A stretch of 64,000 nucleotides of DNA. Source: Epithemia pelagica. Taxonomy: Eukaryota > Protista > Bacillariophyta. The DNA is taken from the NCBI GenBank assembly GCA_946965045.2, contig OX337238.1, positions 2,666,001 to 2,730,000 on the forward strand, in the 5' to 3' direction. The notes beneath the pieces were generated by a model. The model saw only the letters and a list, made by a program, of their open reading frames with translations. It made no database searches and was not told where the DNA came from. This document shows, one piece after another, positions 1 through 11,454 of the stretch (within the stretch, counting starts at the first letter, position 1; each line of letters opens with the position of its first letter). Position numbers and translations under genes: made by a program.

Positions 1-797
1 TCCTCTCGTAAAGGAGCAAAAGGCCCAAGACGCGCCCTGGTGATTAAGGAAAACATGAATCCAGAAATGTGCAGTACTCCTACATTGCATTTATGTCCTG
101 CAATGGAGAAGCTATAGCATAATCATTTTGTTTTCCAACACTTTTCTTGTTTTTTATGACATCGTTAACTATTGAGATATCATGTATTCGTTGTACTACC
201 TACAAAAAAATGAAATGTTACAGCGTCTGGCATGACACTGCCATCCTCCGCAAACAGGAGTGGAGCCTGGCTCTTGGGTGCATGTCCATGGTACCATGCC
301 TCTCTGTACTATTGAATGGGTCGAGTTATCGTGCTGTGGAACATCATGGTTGTGCGCCTAAAACACAACTCCTACATACTCCTACCAAAACTAAAGACAA
401 GGTGTTTTACCACATAGGGTAGACAGCCTAGCATTTAGATCCATCTGCGACCACCTAAAAGATTTTCGGTTCTTCGACTGAGTTCAGCCTTTGAAAGTGC
501 GACCTCAATGTGCGACCTCAATTCTGATAGATCGATCAACTGGCTCAACACTTGGCGACCTGTTATACTTCGGTCTGCTTCTTCCCCGTGATTTCTTACA
601 TTTTTCAGTCCTCGCCTAGACTCCTAGGCCAGGCGCGTCGGTCGACGGCACCCTAGCGGGTCCGCGCGGCAGCGTTAAAATAGACTGTACCTTTTCTATT
701 TCAGCTGCCGCGGTTCATCTCCATGTTGAAAGAAGAGTTAGACTTGATCGTAGAGAACCTTTCTTTATAAGAGAATCGCCTTGGCAGCTATATTGTC

Positions 798-1616
798 ATG
801 GCAGATCGTCATCGCCTTGATGAAGACGCCGAGGGCTTCGAAGAGGATTTCGATGACGCAGACGACGAAGCATTCCCTCATATTCAACAGTACTACGCAT
901 CGTTGACTCCAGATTTGCGAGATGGATCCTTCGATACTCGCCTTGCCAACTTTCACGAAGGCGTGAACCTGCCGGAAGAGCGATATTTTTGCTCTAGACC
1001 CAAGTCACTAGCCTACCTCAACGATGATCCCCGAAAGACTCCAGCAGACCACCCGCTGCGAGCGATCGCTTGGGTCCTTGAATCTGCTCCGCCCCATTCG
1101 GTGGTGCGAGTTTTTTGTTACTCGCTGACCGATCCGATAGCGATCGATTTGATTGTTCATGCCGGATCGTCGCGTGAGGTCAAAGTTATCCTTCATCCAA
1201 ATAACAAAAGTAAAAGAGCACTGGAAGAATTTGTCGATCAACATGGCAAAAGCGCCTTTCTCGAAAACGTGGAAATGCGTCTGGCAAACCTAATCGGTGC
1301 CGATTGTGAATCAAGCCAGGTCCAAATGCACGACAAATCAATTATTACGGAAACCTACTCCGTTTTTGGCAGTTACAACCTGTCAAGCTTTGCTCGTGTG
1401 GGCAATTGGGAGTCGGTGTGTGTGGTTGATACACCTGCCAAATGTCAGGTAACCTTTGACAGCATCTGGGACAACATTTCCCATCGACAAGTCGAAAACT
1501 ACTACACCAATTTGCAGAGCTCAGTAATCGGACCTCGACGACGAGCTCGTGCATCGGCGCGAGAAGCAGAGGATGCGCGGAGACGACAAGCTGCAAGAAG
1601 CCGTGAAGATCTGTAG
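798..1616 (+). CDS. Single-domain PLD-superfamily protein (Nuc/Zucchini/PLD6-like nuclease), 272 aa
   Basis: Motif HDKSIITE-x5-GSYN (HxKx4D/E..GSxN), downstream NWES glutamate motif and upstream VRVFCYSLTD..VKVIL strand pattern typical of Nuc-like PLDs. Intronless and duplicated at 22897. Confidence 0.8.
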   Translation: MADRHRLDEDAEGFEEDFDDADDEAFPHIQQYYASLTPDLRDGSFDTRLANFHEGVNLPEERYFCSRPKSLAYLNDDPRKTPADHPLRAIAWVLESAPPHSVVRVFCYSLTDPIAIDLIVHAGSSREVKVILHPNNKSKRALEEFVDQHGKSAFLENVEMRLANLIGADCESSQVQMHDKSIITETYSVFGSYNLSSFARVGNWESVCVVDTPAKCQVTFDSIWDNISHRQVENYYTNLQSSVIGPRRRARASAREAEDARRRQAARSREDL

Positions 1617-1741
1617 AAAATTGTTGAAATGACTTACAGGATTGCCAAATTTCCTCATGTTACAGCAATTTCTCAAGAGATAATGCGCTTGTGTCCTTTG
1701 ACAGTAGTTGCTATGGGTTTCGCTAAAAAGCCATCGAAATT

Positions 1742-2488
1742 ATGGGATATCAGTTACATGTCGCATCTTCTAAAAGCTATCACTGCACGACGCAAAAGTG
1801 GAATGGTTGTTGTGTCACGAATCCATCTCTCCTCATTCCCATGCTGGTAGAAGAAGAACCTGCGTATCAAGATGCAGCGCAAGTCGAGGCCGAAGTGGAA
1901 GTTGACCCTTCCGGACAAGCTTCGTATGTTCCACCACAATATGAAGATGCCATTCAAGCGCCTGTCATTTATGTTCCAAGTTCCCACGTGACCATGGGTG
2001 GTACCAAAGTAGATGGTGCCGCCGAAGATCCAGACCTTGAAGTAGATGTACAACTTCCATCGGATGTTGAGGCACAGCCACCTTCTCTCAAAATACTACT
2101 CAAGGAAATGTCGGAATCGGTGGCCGATTGGGATATCATTCAACGCAAACTCCAGGATCCCGACTGGGATACCATTTTTGCCACACTCACGCCCAATCAC
2201 TACGCCCTTATTTTACAGCAGGAGGCATTGGATTTCGATCAACCCAAAATCGCTGCCTGTCTCGCACAAACACTACAACAACAAGGTGCTGATTCTTTAG
2301 GCTTTACCGCCCATGTGGTGGCTGCGTTGAACGTGGCTTCGGAATGGAATCGAGCGACAGTGGTGGAAAAAACCATTTCGTATTGTTCCGATTTGGCAAC
2401 CAACCAAGATCAGATTCTTTCTCAGTTGACAGACTGGGAGAAGTTTGTGACCGAGCGTGCCTTTGCCAAAGCATTGGATGTGAACTAG
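1742..2488 (+). pseudogene. 5'-truncated alpha-arrestin (end of arrestin-C domain, PPQY motif, helical C-terminal domain)
   Basis: TNPSLLIPMLVEEEP..YVPPQYEDA..WDIIQRKLQDPDW matches the 3' half of the arrestin copies at 38998-40914 and 54505-55922. The arrestin-N domain is absent upstream. Confidence 0.7.
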
Positions 2489-2655
2489 TTTACTTACTAA
2501 TATATGTGGTAGATCCCACTTTCTGATATTGCTTGGTGCACGTAAATGCCAAACTCATGATAGAAGTCTTTTAGGAATACTGGTAAAAGATTGACAGAAC
2601 AACATGGCCGCACGGACCCGTACTTCATAAACGACTCTTGATGGAAGGAAAAGAT

Positions 2656-5567
2656 TCAATCTGCATATCCAAGAAATTCCTCCCATTTGCACATACGATG
2701 CTCCAATTGTTCAAACTTTGTTTGAATCCGTTCATCGAAACTGCGTTTGGCCTTGAGTTCATCCACCAGTGACGAAACAGACTCTTCCAAGCGTGTCATT
2801 CGTTCAACTAGTGAGGTAGCATGACAGCCTTCCTTCGTTTCTAGTTCCCCCACGAGCGACGCGACAGATTCTTCCAGTCGAGCAATTCGTTGGACTACCG
2901 GTGTGGCTTGACCACCTCTCCAAGTTTCAATTAAACGAGATGAAAAAGAACTCCTACTGGATCCAGAATCTTTCAAAGGACTAGTCTTGACGATTTTCGG
3001 AGCCATGGCCGAGGAATGCTCTCTACCCCGAAGACTCAGGGATTTCATATTCTGTTCATGTTTGACAGATTCTGCCACCGTTTGTGTCATTTTGGTCGTG
3101 ACCACCAACGCCAACAAACTGATTGCCTCGGCATTATCAGGAGCATCTTTCTCATCAATGCATTTTGCATCACGAGTCCATTTCATTACTTCATTGGCAA
3201 AATGGCCAATCACAGTCGCCAATACACTGCTTCCAGCTTTGGTTTGCTCTCTCATCGCCTCATCGTCACGTTTCAAAGACAACTGCTTTATTGATTTTTG
3301 GACGACTGCAATTCCCTGTTGAAAAGCAGTTTGAAACTTCTCGTTACCAGTTTGCTCCACGACCGAACGAATATGGTTCACGTCTCCATAGTCAACAATC
3401 TCGTGAAGCAAAGAACAACCGACGGTTTCAGACGAAACCCTCCCAAATATAGTTTGGCCGAATGACAATGCATTCAAAATCGAGCAAATGGCCGCAGTGG
3501 ACGCTCCGTCATCATCGTGAGCTTCTATTGCATCATGGAGCTCCTTCAGAGATCTCCCCAAAGCTTGCGCCTGTGCAAGAACAACACGGTGAACAATGCT
3601 ATCACTTTGTGAACTATTTGGAGTTGTCTGGGATTGCGTTGGGGTTCGCGGGAGGACCTCTCCGACTCGAAATTCAATCATGGATAGATTGCTTGCCAAC
3701 GAAGACACTGGTTCTGTCATAGTTGCCACAGAATCTGCGTAAAAGCTGGCAATGCCATTGCCATGAATGAGGATACCATCCTGCCGACATTTCTCAACAA
3801 TCTTTCCTTGCATTGCCATTAGTTGTGAGTCACTCTTACAGATGGTCTTCGATAACTCCTGGAGCGCTTTCAATGTGTATCGTTGTCGATCATCTTGCGA
3901 TATGTGTTGGGAACGGTACAGGTGATTCAGAAATGTGTAAAACACTTTCATTTGGTGAATGTTTGAGACCAGAAACGCCAAGTCGTGGACCTTGAAGACA
4001 ATATCGTCAGAGTAAGTATCCACAAGTTTCCTGTAAAAGGTATCCTCCAACACTTCAGAATCACCGTCTCTCGTCGATCCGACAGAGCGACCAGGAGGCT
4101 TCCTCTCATTATCGGTGACCCCATTCAGTTCAAGAAGCGACTTCAAGTGTTGAACTTTTCTACCCATTGGAATTCTGTCTTGAATATCCTTCATGTTTTG
4201 AATCGTAGATGTTAGCTTATCAATCTCCTCTTGAATTTGTTCCACCGACCGGAATTTTTCATCGTCACAGAGTAATTCCAAAAACGGCAGTAAGGATTGT
4301 GCTTTTGCACCCTCTTGCAACACCGTCACATCGTCGTCACTGTAGTCAACAACAGCCCTTGCCCGTTCAATGGCATTGTTGAGTTTTTCCATTTCCGTTT
4401 CTAGTTCCGCTCGACACGAATACAGGTTCTGCAATATACAAACGGTAAGATTCCAGATAGTGCCAAGCTGTCCCGAGTGCAGTAATGCACGCAGACTAAA
4501 CGAACCTTGAGTTGTTCTTTCTTGTCAATCAACAATAGTGTCTCACATGAATCGACATTTTGACCACCAATCACAGCAATGCCAGTTTTGAAGGCCACCA
4601 TGCTAGCATAATTACGTCCCGTGGATAATGCTGGAAGGTTCCATACAATCCCACGTTCCGTATCCAAAACCTCCACCGTAGCAATCGATCCACTGTAATT
4701 TCCTGACACAATGATACAGGATCCAACTGACACAACTGCATGAAAACTACGTGCGACAGGTAGAGCTAGCTCTGTGCAATTTGTCCACACTGACGACGAG
4801 GAAAAGACTGTAGCAGCAGTCTTCTTGGTCGCATAATCAGAAATCTCCTCGAATTGCAAAGACTCAACCGATGTCAACGCATTGCTACCATTGTGTCCGC
4901 CAACGACATAGATACGGTGACCAATGACAGCACTAGCAAAACCATAACGAGGACCTGTCATGGATGGCCCCGCAATCACAGTGTGGTTGCTTTCCACAGC
5001 TGTATCGATTATATCAACCGACGACAAAGAGTGTCCGTTGTGTCCACCCATGACGACGATATAACGATTGTACACGACAACAGCCGAACAACCCTCTCTT
5101 GCCGTAGACAATCGACAATTCAAGGTTGTCCATTGGTTGGTGGTAGAGTTTGCCAATGACCCTGAAGACAAAGTTTCAACATCGATACGTTCAATACTAT
5201 TCAAGGATGAACCATTGAATCCTCCAATCACATAAACTCCTCCATTACAAACCACCGCAGCATGACAGCATCTCCTGTTGTTCAACGGCGGTCCTTCCCG
5301 CCATTGCTTATTTTCTTCTGCCAAATTCATCAGCAGAACTGAGTTGGTGTAGCCTTGACTGTTATTGTATCCTCCCAAAAATACAACCGTCTGTGCCCTG
5401 TCATCCTGTTCAGGATGGTCGAGCACAACCGACGCATGCGAACGACGCCACCCACCCAAAAGGGGAGGCCAGTCGTTGGTATTCCAATGAGGCGCAAGAC
5501 TGTTATTGTCACTGTCCATAAAGCAAAGCCCGGATTGCTCTGCTTGTCGTTGCAGTGTCATCGTCAT
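2656..5567 (-). CDS. Kelch propeller fused to a ~590-aa helical/coiled-coil tail (K1); exons 5567-4506 and 4428-2656, ~944 aa
   Basis: Six Kelch blades (GG..W pattern) starting MTMTLQRQAEQSG. A phase-0 77-bp intron GTTCGT..TTGCAG (4505-4429) joins DKKEQLK to NLYSCRAELETE in frame. The same intron position recurs in copy 2. Confidence 0.85.
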
Positions 5568-5837
5568 GGTACTTGCAGATTTTATAGCAACACCAAGGAG
5601 TCTTCGTCTTTTTCCTCTAAACCTCAGAAAATACGAAAATATGGGAATCAACGAATGGACTGAATATTCTGGACCGTTTGTACCAAAACCGGAACGAAAG
5701 ACGGCAGCACCTCTACGGCGGCGATTTCAATCATGGATCATGGTATCTTTCACCAGTGGATGGCCTTGGACAGATGAACGGGTCCAAAACCATCCACGAA
5801 AAAGCCACTCCAGCAGAGAATCCACGAACGCTGACAA

Positions 5838-6080
5838 TGTTGAGGATATGTGACCAGGCGACGAGTAGCAGCGAGCAAGCCGCGACTAAAGAGAGTGATT
5901 CGGAAGCAAAGGATCCAAACTTGAATGATGAAGATGCCGAAGCATGGACTTTAGTCCGTCGACGTGGCAAAAGCAACATTAGGCAAGATGAACAAGCAAG
6001 TGTTCATTCTAAGGAGATTACGTAGTTCGATAAGCCTATAAAGAGTTGCTTTTACGGCACGGCTTGTTTGAGTTTTAACA
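5838..6080 (+). repeat. Outer element 5' LTR (243 bp)
   Basis: tgttgagg..ttttaaca, with no difference seen from 20252-20494. Confidence 0.97.
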
Positions 6081-6094
6081 TAATCTCCTTAGAA
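6081..6094 (+). promoter_or_regulatory. Outer element PBS position, complementary to its own LTR (6007-6020)
   Basis: taatctccttagaa is the exact reverse complement of ttctaaggagatta in the LTR. There is no TGG start. Confidence 0.7.
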
Positions 6095-6140
6095 ACAAAG
6101 CATTATATCTCATCACAGACTGTGAAGGGAACTACGGTAT

Positions 6141-6833
6141 ATGAGCGATAGACTTGAAGCTCGTTGGCAAGATATATTGGCTCAATTGGCTCAGCTGACT
6201 CTCGAGGAACAAGAAGAAGTACACGCAATTGAAGAGCGCTTTCAACAAGAATACCGAAGAAGAGAAGCTCAACACCGTCAAACGGTGGCGGCTCTTGAGC
6301 GTCAACGAGAAACGGATCGTGACAACGCGTACGACGAGTGTGAGATTCGGAAGCAACTTGTGTTTGAAAAAGCTCAGGCAAAACGTGACAACTTGTTACG
6401 AGAAATTCAATCCCTTGACGACAACACACCTGTCCCAGAACCCCGGTCAGCTACACCGGATCCACCTCAACCATCAAGGCAGTCGACGCCCGAACCAGAG
6501 GTAAAACAGACAACTGGACAGGCAAATCAACAATCAAGATCCCAAAACAGTACGCCTCAACCTCAAGCAAGTGGTACAAGTCATCCAGTGCAAGTCCCAC
6601 AGCCTCCTTCAATCGCATCGCAAAGAAACAGCCCCATAAGGTGGATCCCAATTGGAACCAGAGTGTGGGTACTCAATCCCCTCAAGTTGAAGAATCAAAC
6701 TTCCACTACCTATCTTGAAGGAATCATATCGCGACACGGTAGCTTCTACCACTTCCTTTGTATTTGGAATCCATCTACCGGCAAACACGAAGAACATCGT
6801 CGACACCGAGACAGTCTAGCTGTAATCGAATAA
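6141..6833 (+). CDS. Extra ORF upstream of gag in the outer element (coiled coil, P/Q linker, small beta domain), 230 aa
   Basis: ATG-started ORF between the PBS and gag; it stops 1 nt before the gag ATG. Confidence 0.65.
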   Translation: MSDRLEARWQDILAQLAQLTLEEQEEVHAIEERFQQEYRRREAQHRQTVAALERQRETDRDNAYDECEIRKQLVFEKAQAKRDNLLREIQSLDDNTPVPEPRSATPDPPQPSRQSTPEPEVKQTTGQANQQSRSQNSTPQPQASGTSHPVQVPQPPSIASQRNSPIRWIPIGTRVWVLNPLKLKNQTSTTYLEGIISRHGSFYHFLCIWNPSTGKHEEHRRHRDSLAVIE

Positions 6834-6834
6834 G

Positions 6835-9800
6835 ATGTCGACTGGTGGGAACGGTCCTCGGCCGGATGGACAGGAATCAAACGGCGGACGAGGCAATCAA
6901 ACGGGTGGTCGACCCAACGGAGGCAGAGGTCGAGGAGGTCGTGGCAAAAACCAAGGCCAACAATCAAACACTCGCTTTCAGGGCCAAGAACCATCGCTGA
7001 AAGATTGCGTGTTTGATTATAGTGAAGATCCCCAGTCGAAACGTTACCTACGCAACGTTGAGTTGTTAGTGGGATACGTGGGGACATCATTCAACTACTA
7101 CAACCTAGAGTATCAAAAGGCACTGGAGAAATTGGAACTTAAAGATCCAGACAAAGCAAAGGTTCCAGATGATCCCACGGATCCCATTCAGATGGAAGAA
7201 TGGAAAATGGAATACAAATCGAGAAAGGATCAAGTGAAGGCGTATCGCAACTTTTGCGCTTCCTTATTCAGTGTCATTCTCGGGCAATGCACGCCCCTCA
7301 TGAAGGACAAGTTGCAAGCCAAACCAGAATATGAAGCGATCAACGATGAAAGGGACGGTGTAGCGCTACTCAAGTTGATCAAACAAACAACCTTCACGTT
7401 TGATTCTGGCCGAATCTATAAGCTAGTCGGTCGTGACAAGTTGAAAGAAGAATTTTATGGTTTGAAGCGCAGAAACAATCAAACCCTTCACAGCTACTAT
7501 GAAGTGTTTAGGGCAAAGGTTAAAGTTCTCAATGAGGTGGGTGTGGTGTTGTATGACAAAGATCTCGTGGATATGATAGCCAAGAAAAACGGAAGGGACC
7601 CTCCTTCAGACATCGATCGAGATGAAGCACAAGAGAGATGTGTTGCGATCCGATTCATCCGAACATGTGGCCATCGAGAGTATTAGGCCCATTTGCAAAA
7701 CATGTTTTTGGACGGCCACAAGGATGTGTATCCGGCCACTCTGGCGGATGCAAGGGCAATTCTTGATAACCGCATGACAGGTAAACAGAAGCAACCGAAC
7801 CAAAACCAACAGACCCCGACTGAGAATGCCACTGGCATGGCATACCATACACAAGAGTTGGACAACAGCAATGAAAGCCAAGCGGCGTCCACATTGACTG
7901 GTAACAGCCACATGACAACAAACTCACGACAAACTCAGAGTCGCAATGGGAGTGGCAACAATAGCCGAGGAAGAGAACAAGCGAGCACAGGCAGCGGACA
8001 ATCACGAGGCCATGAATCAAATCAAACACAAACCAACAATAATGGTGAATGGAATGAGACCAATGAATCAACTGGCCTTCAGGATACGCATCGTGACTCA
8101 CTTCAATATTCGTTTTCTGCTTCTTCTTCACAGGCTAGCATATCCCCAGAATGGCTACTCCTCGACAACCAATCGACTGTAGACATTATCCGAGACTCCA
8201 CCCTCCTCAAGAACATTCACACAGCCGAGCGACCAATCATGATCCAAAGTCACGCTGGGCGGCGTCAGATCTCCAAACAAGGCCTACTCCCCGGATATGG
8301 CATCGTCTGGCATGACCCGGAAGGGCCGGCCAACATCATATCACTCAACAACGCACGCACAAGGTTCTCAATCAAGTATGACAGCGAGAACGGTAACACA
8401 TTCAATCTCTTCGACCGATCTTCTGGGCGACTCAAACACCAATTCCTGCCAAGTCAAGACGGTTTGTTCTATATGGATACGTCAAGAATGCAGAGTAGTT
8501 TCATCACTACGGTTAATGATAATGAATCTGCTTATTCTCAAGACGAAGTCTATAGAGCTAAACTGGCCCGATCATTAATGGCCAAGATAGGTCGTCCATC
8601 CACACGTGATTTCGTACACATCATACGAAACAATCTGTTGCCGAACACAACGATCACTGTGGACGACGTCAAGAGGGCCGAGAAAATATACGGGCCAGAC
8701 CTTGGAAGTCTCAAGGGCAAGACGACTCGTCGTAAATCGCCTGTGGTTGACTCGTCACAGACCGTACCACCACGGATCAAAGAAGAACACAAGGATGTGA
8801 CACTCACTGTTGATATTCTCCACGTCAACAACATTCCTTTCCTCGCAACGACGTCAAGGAAGTTGCATTTTGGGACCATGAAAGCAATGGCCAATACCAC
8901 TGACGATGATGTCATGAACTCGTTGCGCAAAGTGGTTGCGATCTACCGCAGAGGTGGTATGCGCCCGCGGATGTTACTCGCTGATGGAGCCTTCTGTTCC
9001 GAAAAGATGAAGACAGAGTTGCAATTGATCGGTGTATTGTTAAATCCTACCGCAAGAGATGAACATGTGGGAGACATTGAAAGGTACATACGTACAGTAA
9101 AAGAAAGAATGAGATGTGTTTATAACACCCTACCATTCAAAGAAATCCCGAAGGTCATGATCATTGAGATGGCCAAATTCGCTACATTCTGGCTAAATAG
9201 TTTCCCTCATCGGTTGGGGATTTCACAATCAGAAAGCCCACGACTGCTCGTCACGGGAGAACAGGTGGACTTCAACAAGCACTGTCGCTTCGAATTTGGA
9301 CAGTACGTCCAATGTCATGAAGAACATGACAACTCGATGGCGACCAGGACCATAGGTGCTCTAGCATTGAGGCCTACTGGGAATCGTCAGGGTAGCTATT
9401 ATTTTTTGAGTCTTGTCAGCGGGCGAGTCATAACACGGAATCACGCCACAGCCCTACCGATGCCCCAAGAAGTGATCCAACGTGTGCACCAATTGGCTAG
9501 AGCCCAAAATATGCAACCAGGGTTAGCTTTCGGTAATAGAGATAGTCGGATTTTGTGGATGGATCAAGACAACGACCTTTACAACGAAGAAGACGATGAA
9601 TCCTACATCAATGAAGAGGATGAGGACATCGAGCTACGCTATGATGATGAGATGATCGAAGATGAGCTGGTGGATGCCGTCAACAACCCCGAGTATGTTG
9701 ATCCTGAAGAAGATGACGGCGAACCTGCAATCAACCCGATGATTGGTCCCGATGATCAACACATGGAAATGCAAGGAGTGGGTGACCCACTAGCCGCAGA

Positions 9801-9960
9801 ACTTGACGACCTAAACGGTCCGGAAATTGAAGGAGTGGAGGCAGATGGAGAACTGCCAATCCATCCTATAGCAGAAGATGATGTTGGTGCAGTCCCGGAG
9901 GAGGCAGTGATGGATGTGGAGGAGGATGTAGAGGAGAATGGGGGGGGGGGGGGGAGCTAG
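6835..9960 (+). pseudogene. gag-pol: Outer gag-protease-integrase region with an in-frame TAG at 7684-7686
   Basis: RGG-rich gag N-terminus, protease LLLDNQST, integrase VDIL..LADGAF..GDIERYIRTVKER. ORFs 6835-7686 and 7693-9960 share one frame. The frame then shifts at a G15 run (9940-9954). Confidence 0.85.
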
Positions 9961-9974
9961 CCGGTGGAGAGGAT

Positions 9975-10635
9975 ATGGAAGAGGGACAAGAGATTGACGC
10001 TAATGAAGGTACCGACGATAACAGCGAGGCTGATCCGGTACTACAACAACAACAACAACAACAACACAGGTACAATCTACGGCCAAATCGTGAAAGGAGC
10101 TATGCGCACCGATACGGGCACTCGTTTGCCTGCATCGATACTCTAAAAGGAGGGCGCTATGATGGAATCCTTCGAGATGGAGTGTTGTTTCTTGTAGCGA
10201 GTGAGGTAAATCAAGCCACACCGCAGATGCCTATGAAGAAGGGCATCAAACTGTTTGGAAACAAGGGAGTGGCCGCCGTGAAGGTGGAAATCCAACAATT
10301 GCATGATCGAGGAGTATTGAGGGCAGTACACAAAACTGACCTCAGCTGGAATGAGGTGCAACAAGCACTAGGCTACCTAATGTTTTTGAAACGAAAACGG
10401 TGTGGCAAGATAAAAGGACAAGGCTGTGCCGACGGACGCAAACAACGCGCGTACATAGACAAGGAAGATTCAGCTTCTCCTACCGTGGCCACCGATTCGG
10501 TATTCATCACTGCCGTCATTGATGCCCTGGAACGACGTGTGGTTGCGGTGGCAGACATCCCAGGTGCGTTTATGCACTCGGACATGGATCCTGGCGTGTA
10601 TATGCGGCTTACTGGACTAATGGCTGAGCTACTCC
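9975..10635 (+). pseudogene. pol: Outer RT, 5' part (interrupted by the inner element)
   Basis: KIKGQGCADGRKQR and DIPGAFMHSD motifs. Removing 10636-19024 restores MAELLLEVDYEAYAPY..KALYG. Confidence 0.9.
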
Positions 10636-11418
10636 TGTTAGAATTCTCACCGTCTATGGTGGTTAGATTCTACATCTCATCGATTCCCCATGTCACATAG
10701 CCTCGTGCTATCGCATCATGCCATCTAGCTTCGAGCTATGTTCCCTAGCTTCGCGCTATATCGACCTATATTTCTTCGCAAATCATGAAAAGTGAGAATA
10801 GATTGACGAACTCACTCTCAAGACTAAACTGGGTCGTGCGGTATTACAACGGATGTAAATTTGGCCGTTGCTCGGACATTATACTAACGCCTTAAGCGTA
10901 CGCGCCCGAAATCATCGAGCGCGCCCAAGCGACATCCGAGCGCTGTCGGCATCTATCCGACCCAACGGTCTAAGTATCCCAAGCACGACACACGATCACG
11001 CGAGACCATATTTCCATTCCCACAATCTCCAAATTGTCAACAAGCTGCGCGCCATGAAAACAACTATGCCAACCCAAAGCAAGAGCTGTTGACCCTGTAT
11101 ATGTTATCCGTCCACATATACATGTCATATACATCACATGAATCGACTCCAACTATTCCAAACCTGTTGCCGCCAAGAACCTATGACACATGACCCTTGA
11201 CAGGACCGAACATTTCACGTAGACCTATCGTAGTAATCAACACACAATCTAACAATATCACCATTTATCACATCTTCTTTTGTGTCCCGACTATCCTTCT
11301 GATAGACTTCGACTTGCTTGCTTCTCTGACCCTGAGAAGCTTGTATCGGTTGGTGACCTACCTGATTGTCTGCTCTACCGAGCATCAATGTCCCTACGAT
11401 TCAGAAAGAATTGTAACA
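10636..11418 (+). repeat. Inner element 5' LTR (783 bp)
   Basis: tgttagaattc..attgtaaca, repeated at 18237-19019. Confidence 0.97.
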
Positions 11419-11429
11419 GATTAACAGTC
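11419..11429 (+). promoter_or_regulatory. Inner element PBS complementary to the tRNA-Asn(GUU) anticodon arm
   Basis: gattaacagtc is the reverse complement of GACUGUUAAUC, the anticodon stem-loop sequence of eukaryotic tRNA-Asn. It abuts the LTR end. Confidence 0.6.
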
Positions 11430-11454
11430 TCAAAGCTTATTTCCTTGTGGTTTC

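Larger units (their letters stand above)
1..5567. repeat. Segmental duplication, copy 1 (paralog 22269-27669)
   Basis: Position 1 (tcctctcgtaaaggagc) recurs at 22269. The PLD, arrestin fragment and Kelch-helical gene follow in the same order, nearly identical outside the Kelch loops. The unit is about 7.6 kb once the retrotransposon is removed. Confidence 0.95.
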
